Shown piece by piece: positions 40,741 through 53,952 of a stretch of DNA of 64,000 nucleotides. The translations under genes were made by a program, and so were the position numbers. The stretch's first letter is position 1. Each line of letters opens with the position of its first letter. The DNA comes from Octopus bimaculoides. Taxonomy: Eukaryota. The notes under the pieces were generated by a model that ran no database searches, was not told where the DNA came from, and saw only the letters and a list, made by a program, of their open reading frames with translations. Location: positions 51,656,758-51,720,757 of the forward strand of contig NC_068999.1 of assembly GCF_001194135.2 (NCBI RefSeq), in the 5' to 3' direction.

Positions 40741-41960
40741 TAGAGTGGTACCTTGATTTTAAGAATACAGTGGTGCTTTGATTTTAATTTGTTCTGTGAC
40801 GGAGCTCGTAACTCAAATTACTCGTATGTCAAATCAATTTTTCCCCACTGAAATGAACTGAAACGTCATTAATCCGTTCCGGGCCCCACGAAAAACACTG
40901 CAATTTTTTGAGTTACATGTTTTTAAATAAGAAAAATGTATTTGTAAATAACGAATATTGTTTTAAAAAAAACAAACAATAGAATAGAAGGTACCGCAAT
41001 AAACTAGTTTTATTAAGTATAATGTACAGCATTTACCTAGATCAGACGTCTTAAGGATGCTGACGGAGGTGGAGAAGAAAGGCTGAACTAAATAACTGAA
41101 TCTTATTCGCTGATTTTGGCCCTTTTCGCCACACTTTCCTCACTTTCATCTGCAGGATTTTTTGATAAAAACGTGTCAAATAACGTCCGTTTCATCCTAT
41201 TCTGAAAGGAGTGAGGCAAGTGTCATTAACTAACGCCGTCGCAACTTTTTCAGAGTGTTTCTTTTGAATAAGGTCTGAAAGTTTCTCCCACATTTCCAAC
41301 ATTTCCTTTATCGCACTTGTAGAGATAACCTCCTCCGCGTCACCTATTTCCTGCAAAACCTCCATGTGCTGCTGCGCCTGTAACTCCTTTAGCTCCTCCG
41401 TTGTCAGTTCCTCGGAGTGCTCCTCGAGGAGCTCGTTGGTGTCACCTTCATCTATGTCCAGGCCCATGGACTTGCCGAGGGATACAATCTCCTCGAGCAC
41501 CACTGCCGCTTTGGGTCCGAGTCTTTCAAAGGCCGTTTCAGACACCAGCTCAGGCTACAGTTTCTTCCAAGCAGAGATCAAGGTCCTGCTTGTAACACCC
41601 TGCCAAGCCATGCCGATAATTCTGAGGCATATCACAATGTCAGAGTGGTCCTCCAAGAACTCTCGAAGAGTGAGGTTTGTGCTCTCCATCACCTCAAAGC
41701 AGCAGCGGAACAGGTGCTTGGTAAAGAGTTTCTTGAAATTAGAAATCATTTGCTAGTCTAGGGGCTGCAGAATAGTAGTGCTGGGTGGAATGTAGAGAAC
41801 CTTTAAAAACTTGAACTCTTTGAGGATGTCATCTTTGCAGTTAAGTGGGTGATCAGGTGCATTGTCCAGGACGAGAAGGGCTTGCAGGGGTAGGTTATTG
41901 AACGAATGGCCTAGAGAAGACCATCTGTGTACCAGCAAGACCCTGCTCGCTTCCACATGG
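40741..41960 (-). mobile_element. Tigger (TIGD1-like) DNA transposon, 3' half with terminal repeat
   Basis: LLVLDNAPDHP...LYIPPSTTILQPLD*QMISNFKKLFTKHLF...AWQGVTSRTLISAWKKL. Terminal TA+CAGTGGT... at 40766. Confidence 0.9.
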
Positions 41961-42126
41961 CCTCTGCTAACCAGATGTGGCTGACAGAGAATTTTTCACA
42001 ATCGTGTAATTTGATCATCAACATGTAGGCTCCTAAATCTTTTTGATTTGAACCCCATGGAATACTCTATTTGGGTATGTTATTGAGAACAAGACCAACG
42101 AGCAGCCCCACAACACCAAAGATTCA

Positions 42127-42354
42127 TTAACCCTTTCATTACTGTATTTATTTTAAGATGCTCTGTGTTTCTTTCAATTACTTTAAATATAACAAAGAAT
42201 TTAGTAAAATAACTTAGTTATCATTCAGCTAGTGTTAGGAACGTTAATTGTGACTAAGGTTTGGAGGAAGATTTTAATTGAAAACTTATGGAAACAAGAC
42301 ATTTGTACTCAGAGCCAGAGCCGGTTTCAGCTGGGTTAGTAATGAAAGGGTTAA
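42127..42354. mobile_element. piggyBac-type MITE, 220 bp
   Basis: TTAA on both sides (42127-42130, 42351-42354) with perfect 12-bp TIRs CCCTTTCATTAC/GTAATGAAAGGG. Confidence 0.85.
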
Positions 42355-45299
42355 AGGCAGCCATTATAGAACCACAGATACATTTGGGACTACATCAAAG
42401 CAGTTATTGAGACTAAAGATGGATTTGCTAAATAATACATTTCTTTAATATACCATTTTTCTGAATATATATATCAGTTTTTTTCTTACATTTTTTTTCT
42501 CAATTACTTGGTACACCTCATATACAAACATTACCCATTTACTTTATGAAAATATTGCAGTGCTGAAAATCTTGCTCTTATATGAAATTCCATAACAAGT
42601 AACCTATTTTCCGTTGACTTTCATGTTACATAGACACCAGTGGGAGATACATTTCATGTTATGGATTTCCACATTATAACAAAATTGTCAGGAATACTTG
42701 AAGGTTTCCAACATCAAATTGCAAATTGTTTTTGTCAACCCACTGCCATCTTTCTAGAGGTTTGAAATAATTGGAAATTTTTGGTTGCCATTGATATTTT
42801 CACATCATTAGTGGCTGTTCACATAAATGAAGACATGCCTGAGAGAATTATTAAAAAACAATAATGACCTCAACATTTTTCTTTCAAGTACTTCTAGTTT
42901 TCAAACTATGATGACATTACAGAGCTTATGACACTGTGACATGGAATCTTAAAGAAACTCGTTGAAGGAGTCAAGATATACCACGTCAACATCTGAAAGA
43001 GAAGCTGCTTCAATCTTTCATCATAATGATGTAGAGGCTACGCGTGATAGTGTCTACTAAAATGGAAACTGCACTTAGTGTCACTCAGGAAGCCGATTTC
43101 TTCTGAGACTGTAACTACTTTATCTATGTTAATTTGTTCCACAATTTTACTGGTATGCGAAGTCAGAAAGAGATGGGATTGTAATTCTTAGCAGCTGTTC
43201 CACTTTGTTTTTTTATGAACAGGATTTAGCATTCTCTCAGCTTCTTGAGAAGCTAATCATTTGCAAGTATCTCAACTGGTTTTGCTAGAGCCATTTTGCA
43301 TATCTTTAACAGAACTGTCGAGAATTTGAAAACCAATAGGACTTGCCAAGCTTAAGCTCATTTTATCTACACTAATCTTTCTCCTTTTAATCAAAGGCTG
43401 CTACTTCCCAGTGGAAAATTGTAAAAAACTCCCATCTGGTTTATTTGTATTATTACCATCAAGACAGTAAAAACAATTTTGAATTTTGAATGACAGAGGA
43501 CTGAGATAAGTGGTGTATTGCTGTACTCAAGAAGACCCGCCCACCACAACAGAACTGAAATCCTAAAACCAAGGTGCCACATAAAAAGCATCGGTGTGCG
43601 TGGGGTAAAAAAGCACTGGTGCTGTGGTGCCACTTAAAAAGCACTAGCAATGGTGCTTTGTAGAGTGGTTGGCATTAGGAAAGGCATCTAGCTGTAGAAA
43701 CCAAGCCAAAACAGACTATGGAACCTGGTGCAATCCTGGCCATACCAATTCCTGTCAAGCCATCCAGCCCATGCCAGCATGGAAAACAGATGCTAAATGT
43801 TGATGATGATGATGATTTGGTATTTCACCTATCCTTTGTGGGACCCTAGCCAGCCAACTGTTTCCTTGGAACATAGGACCCAGCAAAGATGCACTAAAGC
43901 TGATTTGCTTTGCAAATTAGTACAAAAGTTTAGGCTGCTTTTATGCTTTCTACAGACCTGCTTTCCCGTTCAACTTTCTCTTCGTTTCATGGGAGTGTTT
44001 ATTTCATTCTCAATTTCTAAGAGTATCCTTTTTAAGTGGGATTTGTTAATATAAATGATTTGTAACCTTTGCTCTCTGTCTTATCAGAATCTTTCTGTCT
44101 CTGGAAATTATATAAATTTTGGCCTTTAGCTTACATTTTCATGTCTTTGTCTTCTTGCATTGAGAGAATTTTGAGCCAGTTCTATTTATATATTTCTGTT
44201 TGAATTGATTTCCGGTGAGCTTTTGAGAAAAATGCAGATGGGGAGGAGAGTCTGATAAAGTTTAAGTGTCCTTTGCGAGATGTCAAATGAATATTTTTTG
44301 GACTGTACATTGTTAATTCTATAATGTTATGCACAGAGAAAATTGTAGGTGTCATTGTTACATTATGGGAGAGTTTTATGTTATTTGTAAGGCAGAGAAC
44401 TAACATATGGCTCTTGGGTAAAATATTACCAGTTCTAAAACTGCAATTTACTGAGGCCCAGGAGAGATTCCAGGCATGGCTGCATGATTAAGTTTGTAAT
44501 CGCACTACACAACACTCGAGAGAAATGTTTGCTAGTGCAAGCCCCAGGTTGATCACTACCTTGCGAAAGGAATCTGGTATATAGAAGATTGGTGTGCAAG
44601 TGTTAATTTTGACACTAGTCAAAAAATTTGGTGTTGTATATATAAGTTGTTCCTTTAAGCCCTGTAAATTAGCAGCTCAACAAAATTGGTATCAGACCGA
44701 AATAAGTAATGGGCCTGACATGACTGACTCACCATCTTTTATGGTGGCATAGGTTGAAAGATTCAACAGGATCTGCCAAGCCTGAGGACAGTGTCATACT
44801 CCAATGTCTGCTTTGGCTGGTTTCTATGGCTGGATCATCATCATTATTTAATGTTCACTTTGCATGCTGACATGGATTGGATGCCCCATATACATACAAA
44901 CATACATACACTAGCCAAAATAAGTTTAACACCAATGATGATAGTTCTATTCCTTCATTAATTTATTTTTAACAAAACCGTATAAAATTATTTTACTTTT
45001 TACAGTTCATGTAGAATATTTTTCTCTTTCGAATGACATAAGTGTTATATATCTTTCTACAATTTGAATAATTTTAATACGCAATTAATTCAAATGATTA
45101 AGAATTCGGCAAAATGAGTTTAAGACCGTACCAACATTATTTTGTTTAAATTGAAAATTTATGGCAATGAACAAAAATTTATTATCAGTATCTAGTTCCA
45201 TAGCCATTATTTTCAATGACAGCCTTACAACAACAGGACATGGAATTCGACAAATGAACACAAAAGACACTTGGAATGTTCTGCCATATTTCTTCAATA

Positions 45300-45960
45300 A
45301 AATTATATAACTGGGACAAATTTTTTGTTTTTTTTAGCATGACTCTTTTCGAAACATAATTCTATAAATTTTCTATCAGATTCAAATCTGGGCCCACCAT
45401 ATTATTGCGCTCAAAATATTGCAAAACTTTCCTAACCTTATGAACAGGACAATTGTGCTGTTGGAAAATAGATTCCTGTGACATCTGATTATTTGAATAT
45501 AGCAGCATATTTTCATTTACTAATTGCAAATAGCCTACACTGTTGAGTCTGCCATCAACCTTAACAATTGGACCAACACCTAAGCCACTGAACGCAGCCC
45601 ACACCATTACCTCCACCTGCGCCGTGTTTTTGACACACTTAGGATGGAATTCTTCAGTTGAATGGCATTTAACATAAGTCTTTCCGTCTGATCCAAAGAT
45701 GCAGAAGTGGAATTCGTCACTCCAAAGAACTTTTGACCAGTCTTTAGCCATCCATTCAATATGACTTCGGGCAAACTTGATTCACTTCCGCCGGTTCATC
45801 TCAGAAATTATCGGCTTCTTTAGAATGATCCAGCTGAACAGTCCAAATTCTTTTAGGCAGTTTCTCACAGTTTGTGGTGAAAAGCTAATGTCAGTTTCAT
45901 TAGATAATTGCTTGCAAATGTCCACTGCTGTTAGCATTCGGTTACCTTTAAGGTAACCAT
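45300..45960 (-). mobile_element. Tc1 (DD34E) transposase remnant
   Basis: WSKVLWSDEFHFCIFGSDG...VMVWAAFSGLGVGPIVKVDGRLNS..Y...IFQQHNCPVH...GPDLNLIENL. Confidence 0.9.
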
Positions 45961-46796
45961 GGTTAGGGGTTCAGTCCTGCCTCATGAACAGTGTCAGCTA
46001 ACATTCTTTACTATAGCCACAGGTTGACTTATATCTTGTGAGTGGTGGAATTGGTCGAAAGAAACTAAAGAAGCCTCTTATAGGAAATTCTTTACATGTC
46101 TATCCAACATGTAAATCTTTGTAATTCCTATTAGCAAATAAAACACATGTAATGGAGAATAAATAATACCAAACATTTTCCTTTTTCCTGTTTTCTTACA
46201 CAATAACTCTGCAAGTAATATTTCCATAATTTTTCAGATTTAATATGTATTTTGATTATCACACAGCAGCAATTAATGGTTACATATTGACTGTCATATT
46301 GAGAGAGAGAGAGAGAGAGAGAGAAAATGCATATGTGTGCGTGCATACATGTTTGTGTGAGTTTGTATATTTCCTGTTTTTACATGTTCACAAACTGTAA
46401 ACAAAACAGCCTTGCTATCAATGCAGTGGTGTTGCATTCTCGCAGTTAATAACAAAAGTGCACCCAAGCCTCAGGACATGTCATGACAGGTTGCACAATT
46501 TTCTTTCATCTGTGCAAAACATCAGAAAGTCAATGCTAAAATAATGATTTCAGATTTTTACAAGGGCAGCTTGGGGGAGGGGATTGAGTCGATTACATCA
46601 ACCCCAGTGCGTAACTGGTACTTATTTAATCGACCCTGAAAGGATGAAAGGCAAAGTCGACCTTGGCGAAATTTGAACATCAAACGTCGTGATGACTCAA
46701 TGCTACAACAATGATCGCAATGATGATCTGGTCCGGCAATCCATCACCATTGTCTTACCTTTTCTCCCAGATACTTCCACCCATCATTATATAAAT

Positions 46797-47168
46797 TGTT
46801 GTTGGCACTCCATCGCTTACGACGTCGAGGGTTCCAGTTGATCCAATCAACGGAACAGCCTGCTCGTGAAATTAACATGCAAGTGGCTGAGCACTCCACA
46901 GACACGTGTACCCTTAACGTAGTTCTCGGGGATATTCAGCGTGACACAGAGTGTAACAAGGCTGACCCTTTGAATTACAGGCACAACAGAAACAGGAAGA
47001 AAGAGTGAGAGAAAGTTGTGGTGGAAGAGTACAGCAGGGTTCGCCACCATCCCCTGCCGGAACCTCATGGAGCTTTAGGTGTTTTCGCTCAATAAACACT
47101 CACAATGCCCGGTCTGGGAATCGAAACCACGAGTCCGCTGCCCTAACCACTAGGCCATTGTGCCTCCA
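46797..47168 (-). mobile_element. Full-length tRNA-derived SINE with a 12-bp TSD
   Basis: TSD cattatataaat at 46785-46796 and 47169-47180. A/B-box-like head TGGCCTAGTGG...GGTTTCGATTCCC and a (CAA)-like tail. Confidence 0.9.
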
Positions 47169-48015
47169 CATTATATAAATATAGAGTAGCTATATATCTT
47201 CTCTATAGCAAGACACCTTTGCTTATCCCTACCCTCTCAAATACTATTCCTACCTCCTTAGTCAAGAGAGCTTTTCCCTTTTCTTGTTCTGCAAGTTACT
47301 TGGAAACACCACTAAAATGGGACAAAAATGGGGCACTCAGTGCACTCTGTAAAGTGGTTGGCTTAAGAGGAGCATCCAACCATAGAAACCATACCAAAGC
47401 TGATAGAGCATAATGCAACCCCACGTTGCCATGCATCACCAGTTCCTATCAAACTGTCCAAGCCATGCCAGTATGGAAAACAAACGTTAAATGATGTTGT
47501 TTATGATGAGGTGTGGTAGGAAACTTGCTTCCCAATCACATGGTTCCAGGTTCAGTCCCACTGCATGGCACCTTGGGCAAGTGTTTTCTACTATAACCTT
47601 GGACTGACCAAAGTCTTGTGAGTGGATTTGGTAGACAGAAACTGAAAGACCATCGTATAAATAAATATATATACAACTTGCTCACTGTGGGATGGTTGGC
47701 TGCCTTGTCAGTACATAGACTTGAGCTTCCTTGCAGCTAAGAGGGTTTTTACCTCTTACTTCTAGCAATGTAGGTGCTACCCTGCACTATCACAAAAGCT
47801 AAGTCCACAAAAGCTAAGTATAGGGGCTTATCTTTATATACATGTGTGTGTGTGTGTATGTATATATATACATGTGTGTGTGTGTGGATATATATATATA
47901 TATACATATGTATATACACATGTATATATATATATATATATGTATATACACATGTATATATATATATATATATATATGTATATACACATGTATATATATA
48001 TATATATATATATAT

Positions 48016-48949
48016 NNNNNNNNNNNNNNNNNNNNNNNNNNNNNNNNNNNNNNNNNNNNNNNNNNNNNNNNNNNNNNNNNNNNNNNNNNNNNNNNNNNNN
48101 NNNNNNNNNNNNNNNNNNNNNNNNNNNNNNNNNNNNNNNNNNNNNNNNNNNNNNNNNNNNNNNNNNNNNNNNNNNNNNNNNNNNNNNNNNNNNNNNNNNN
48201 NNNNNNNNNNNNNNNNNNNNNNNNNNNNNNNNNNNNNNNNNNNNNNNNNNNNNNNNNNNNNNNNNNNNNNNNNNNNNNNNNNNNNNNNNNNNNNNNNNNN
48301 NNNNNNNNNNNNNNNNNNNNNNNNNNNNNNNNNNNNNNNNNNNNNNNNNNNNNNNNNNNNNNNNNNNNNNNNNNNNNNNNNNNNNNNNNNNNNNNNNNNN
48401 NNNNNNNNNNNNNNNNNNNNNNNNNNNNNNNNNNNNNNNNNNNNNNNNNNNNNNNNNNNNNNNNNNNNNNNNNNNNNNNNNNNNNNNNNNNNNNNNNNNN
48501 NNNNNNNNNNNNNNNNNNNNNNNNNNNNNNNNNNNNNNNNNNNNNNNNNNNNNNNNNNNNNNNNNNNNNNNNNNNNNNNNNNNNNNNNNNNNNNNNNNNN
48601 NNNNNNNNNNNNNNNNNNNNNNNNNNNNNNNNNNNNNNNNNNNNNNNNNNNNNNNNNNNNNNNNNNNNNNNNNNNNNNNNNNNNNNNNNNNNNNNNNNNN
48701 NNNNNNNNNNNNNNNNNNNNNNNNNNNNNNNNNNNNNNNNNNNNNNNNNNNNNNNNNNNNNNNNNNNNNNNNNNNNNNNNNNNNNNNNNNNNNNNNNNNN
48801 NNNNNNNNNNNNNNNNNNNNNNNNNNNNNNNNNNNNNNNNNNNNNNNNNNNNNNNNNNNNNNNNNNNNNNNNNNNNNNNNNNNNNNNNNNNNNNNNNNNN
48901 NNNNNNNNNNNNNNNNNNNNNNNNNNNNNNNNNNNNNNNNNNNNNNNNN
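48016..48949. other. Largest assembly gap (N run)
   Basis: Other gaps at about 2823-2832, 7723-7995, 8972-9370, 11955-12128, 13713-14172, 30703-31052, 35761-35910, 49739-49779 and 62454-62463, most abutting (TA)n. Confidence 0.99.
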
Positions 48950-49489
48950 ATATATATATATATATATATACACATATATATATACATATGTAGTTTATAT
49001 ATATATATATTAATATTATCTCAGTTTTAAAAAACCTTGACAATGTAAATATGTTAATAGTTACCATGGGTAGCAAAAATTACACAAAAAACCAGGATAT
49101 CACACCCGTTTTATAGGTAGAGATACCAAGTTAAAGTGATGCATTTTGAGTAGATATGAATAATAACAATAAATGGAGCAAAACGCATATAAATAAAAGT
49201 TCCTTTAATTCCTACACGGCCGCACTCAAATGAGTGAAACAATTAAGAGATAAAAATATACACATTTTATTAATGCGTTAGGTTCCCCCACATAGAAAAA
49301 CTTTGAATGATTTAGATTAAGCAAGTAATTAATAGACAAAAACTCCCTGTAAGAGTGCTCAAAATCGAAATAAAAACAAGGGAGTTAACTCAAATAAGAT
49401 TAACCTTAAACGAAATTCATGGACAATATAGACAATGCTGATAATTATTTCGGTAATTTATCTCAGGTGATCCAAGTTTTTCAACTCAC

Positions 49490-49738
49490 CTCCATCACAA
49501 CCTACCGTATTTAGCTTTGCAGAAACGCTTCCCTGTGGCGTTTTCCTTCGGCCATATTGTTGCTAATACGGAGCTTGACAATGAAGGGACATTCCCTCTT
49601 CACCAGCTGTCGACTTGAAGTTCATCAATACTTATTATTTATTCGGAACCTCTCCACTGTATCACCTCCTCTAACAGTGCCGAACATCGCCGACGTTAAC
49701 AGGGAAACGTTCAAGGGTTGGTTCAAAAACGGGCTGGG
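49490..49738 (-). other. Possible alternative 5' exon (5' part lost in the N gap)
   Basis: CpG-rich unique sequence ending in a consensus donor GAG|gtgagt (49489), with a second donor ACG|gtaggt (49505). It contains five ATGs, which argues against a simple UTR exon. Confidence 0.3.
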
Positions 49739-50795
49739 NNNNNNNNNNNNNNNNNNNNNNNNNNNNNNNNNNNNNNNNNATATATATATATATATATATA
49801 TATATACGCACACATACCATCGACATGGTAGAGAGGATATATATAAATAGCTTTATATAGAAAGCAGATATAATTGTAATTCATTGCTCACAAGGTTTTT
49901 ACTATTTAATCGGTAGTATCTAGAAGGTTCATGAGATACAAGCATACATTAAAAATATATAGTACACTACACACTGAACTATTAGAGCTGTGTGGATATA
50001 CGTGGCCATCGACATACGCAGAAACACACAAGCACATATTCAAACAGCTGCAACTGAAAACAATATAGGAAAATAAAGTGCCATCAACCCCTTCATATTG
50101 TGGAAACGATAGCAATGCTATTCTCCGCCACAAACACACAAATAGAAGTACATTATATATATACTCACATATGCACATGTACATACACACACGCAGGCAC
50201 CTACATGCATAAATTACACATAGGCAAGATCTGGGTAGGTATTTATTTATTTATTTATTCGAGGTATGAAAACCGATAGTATAAAAAGAACAGAGAGAGA
50301 TGAAGGAAAGAATGGGTGTGGCTGTGATACCAAGCCGATAACCAACCGAATCAAAACGAAATTCTATTAACGTTACTGATCGATTATTATAGTAGAATTT
50401 TGAACTAAAACACGAACTGACACTAATACCACTCACACTAAATACTGTCATCACGACCACGACAAACATCAAGGACTTTTGGAAAGAGAGAAAGTAAAAG
50501 CTCGGCTGATTGACTAAAAATACAAGCCATGGATAGTTGATACTCTTTCAATAACGGTTGATTTTTTTTTTTTCTCCATCTAATTGAATTTAGTTGAAAA
50601 CATGGAAATAACATTAAAAAAAAAACAGAGGGAAGATTAGTAAATAGTGCAAAAACAAATTTAATTATCAAGGTTCGGCATTACTTCCTAGTGTTTTTTT
50701 TTTAAATTTCATATTCGTATGATTAGAGAAATCACGACTGAAAGAATGGAATGTAATTAAACACGACTATTGCGTTTTCATTTCAACCAGTTTCC

Positions 50796-50852
<57 letters not shown>

Positions 50853-53833
50853 TTAAATAACCACCTTTAAGGGATAGAAAATATTTGAAAACATGGAAAT
50901 AACGTAAAAAACAGGAAAGATTTTGAATATATATATATATATATATATATACTATATGTAACTGTAACATCTGGTAACAAAACCAACTAGTGTGAAATTT
51001 CCGAAACTCATCTCTCGACCCTGAGGAAAACTTCCTTTTTTTTTTCTCATAACAAATTCCCATACAATCGAAATGTACACCATCTAAAGCATATTTGTAG
51101 AAAAATTTAATAAAAATACACCTTTCTGGAAGTTATGAGGAAAGAAACCGAGGGAGGGGCACAATTGTGTAGCTATAGTCATATATAACGTTACACGTAC
51201 ATTTATTTCTTTAAAAAATTCTTCAGCCATAAACTAATCAGGATTCTTGAAATATATTTTTAAAAGCAAGGATACACTTGAAGTAGATTAACAGACATGA
51301 GTGGTTAACCCCTAAAGTATAGACTATTACACAGATTCACAAGTCGCGTACAATTACACACTCACACATAGATGTGTGGGTGTGTATTTCATCAACCCAC
51401 ACAATAAAACTGTCGCGTACACACACACACACACACACTCATATATATATTATATATACATGCATATTTTACACGTGTGTATAAATGGGAGATAAACTAT
51501 ACTCGAGGTCTCTACACGCAAAATACATTATGGGTTTTCGAATAATTACTTTTGCTATTCACTGCGACCCATATGTACATGAGACATCTATAAAGCGAAG
51601 GTGGGTAATTTGATCAAATACAGAGAATTATAAGAAAAAATGGAGGGGGTCTTTTTTTATCCTTGTACCCGCCCTTTTCCAATCAGGACATTTAATTTTC
51701 GCATTGCAACGCTTTCTACTTTACGAGACAATGAGAGAGCTTCTATGTGGTAGCACGAACTGCTGGAAATATCAACTTAAATCTTACTCAAATCATATCT
51801 TATCATCTTAAACATGGAACAATTCGGGTAATCTTGGAATATATCCCTAATTAACCGGTGATAATGGCTGTAATGCCTTAGATCACAGATTTGCCCCGTT
51901 TTGGAAACAGACTCGAAGCTAAACAATAACGAAAACGATTACAAGTAAAAACAAAAAAGACAATGAACTTGGCTAAGTCACGTTTTTCTATAGAATAAAA
52001 GAGAAAGTACATGTAGAGCTTGGCTTAGTTAGGTTACTACTGTTGGTTGTGTTAGTTTCGGCTACCATGGTTATGGAGATGCGGGCGGGAGACATATGAA
52101 GAAAGGGTGATGCAATCAACAATTACCAGTCGGATGTTGTTAGGCTCAACAACCGAGAAAAGACAAAAAATAACAGCTCCAACAGGGATGTACATCTGAT
52201 GATGTATAGTATTATATATTACATTATATTATTATATTTTAGTTGTACAGCTTTGATTAGTCATAGAGCTTTAGGTATCTATTTACAAACCAAAAACAAT
52301 ACTTAACGAGTTTGAAAGCCATACATACATACATATATACAAATACACATAAATATATAACTACAATATAAAGTATACATATAGCTATACACACACACCC
52401 ACATAGACTTTTCATTACGCGCCCTCATCAAGAAATAAGATACTTTTTATACGCTTATGCGACATGATTGTTAATATCTCCTCCATGCACTTTTGCTTTA
52501 ACTAATTATAACCTCACTGAATAAAAAAAATAATACTAAAACAGTAATGAAGGGAGGAGGGCCATCAAGACGTTAAAAGCGAGAGGGGTCAATGATCTTT
52601 ATGTGTGGATGTATGTTATGGAAGAGAGGAGAAGAAAAAAGAATGAACGAAATTACGAGGATAAATTTTATATTCATTAAAGTATGATCTCTACGGGAAA
52701 ACCATGTTATATCTATGAATTAATTAATCACTTCATTCTTACTCAATATCTGTGTGTGTGTGTGTGTGTGTGTTGGAGACTGCGCTTGCCGATAATGTCA
52801 CTTATTTAAGATTATTCAATTTGAAAGGCTCTGTATCAGCGATATGTTTGAAGCATGTTGGAAACAATTTTTTACGATTCCACAATTTTTCGTTTCACAC
52901 TCCTTTGATGAAGTTGCTACTTCATACCATGCACATGCTTGCTTTCATTGTCACACACTTCTGTATCCATAAAATACACGCATACGTATTTAATTTTTTT
53001 AATCAATTAAGGTTAAATATATCGTCACTGACCTATAATGAGTTTAGGGAAATTAAGAGAGAGAGAGAGAATATAAGATGAAAGTTCAATTTTATAAAGC
53101 TGACTGAGTGCGCCTACACACACACACACACACACACATACACATTTGCTAATTATTTCTACGCATCTACACTTCCTCTACAAGCATGTATTGATTACAC
53201 TATATAATGTTGGTGGTGCATACAAAATTACAAACATGTCGTGAAATATAATAAAGATTAATGCCATGATGAGATGTAATAATCCAACCATGTACGAACT
53301 GAAATATGTGAATAAATAAGAGTAAAAAAATAAATGATTTGGCCGCTGTTATTATGTTTAAAATGGAAATTATTCTCATATTTTACCTTCTCCCTTATGT
53401 CTATAATTGTTTAATGGTGAATAAAATACAACTTAAAACAGGATCATATGTACATCAGTTAAAGACTTAACTAATAGAGAGAAAGAGAAAAAGGAATGAA
53501 TGAGAATTATTAAATATCTCTGCAAATACAAAGAGGTTTATTACTGTTATTATTATAGAAGTGTGTAACCTGATAAACTATCATTTTTTTTATATGGTTC
53601 TGCACCTTGTAATGTTAAAGAGAGCAAGTAATAAATATATACAAGTAGAAACAGATAGATAGATAGATGGATGGATAGATAGATTGATGTAATTAGCTTT
53701 ATCTAAGTGTTTGTTATAAAAACCAGTGATCGGTCAGGTTGGTAAGGTAAGCACGCCGATGTGAATATGTATGTGTATATGTGTGTATATATGTGCTTGG
53801 TCATATGACCGAAACCTTTTTTTTTCTCCTCAC

Positions 53834-53952
53834 CTTGACGTCTCAAACTGACAAATACACAGGAAAATTTCTCCAAATCGGAACGGAAAGCAGCCGCATT
53901 CGTCGCGTCGTCCAACGACAATGGAATGATTAGACAATGTGTTTGAGTGACT
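53834..53952 (-). other. Probable non-coding exon 1 (5' UTR) of the ACSL gene
   Basis: Starts at an Inr-like TCAGTC (A at 53952), is CpG-rich (GACGACGCGACG) and ends in a strong donor CAAG|gtgagg (53833). Same strand as ACSL. The link to ACSL is inference. Confidence 0.55.

Noticed and set aside
46745-46800. Strong minus-strand donor AAG|gtaaga at about 46758, and CG|gtaagt at about 4450
   Set aside because: No acceptor or initiator upstream; the first lies among repeats. Isolated donors are expected by chance in 64 kb.
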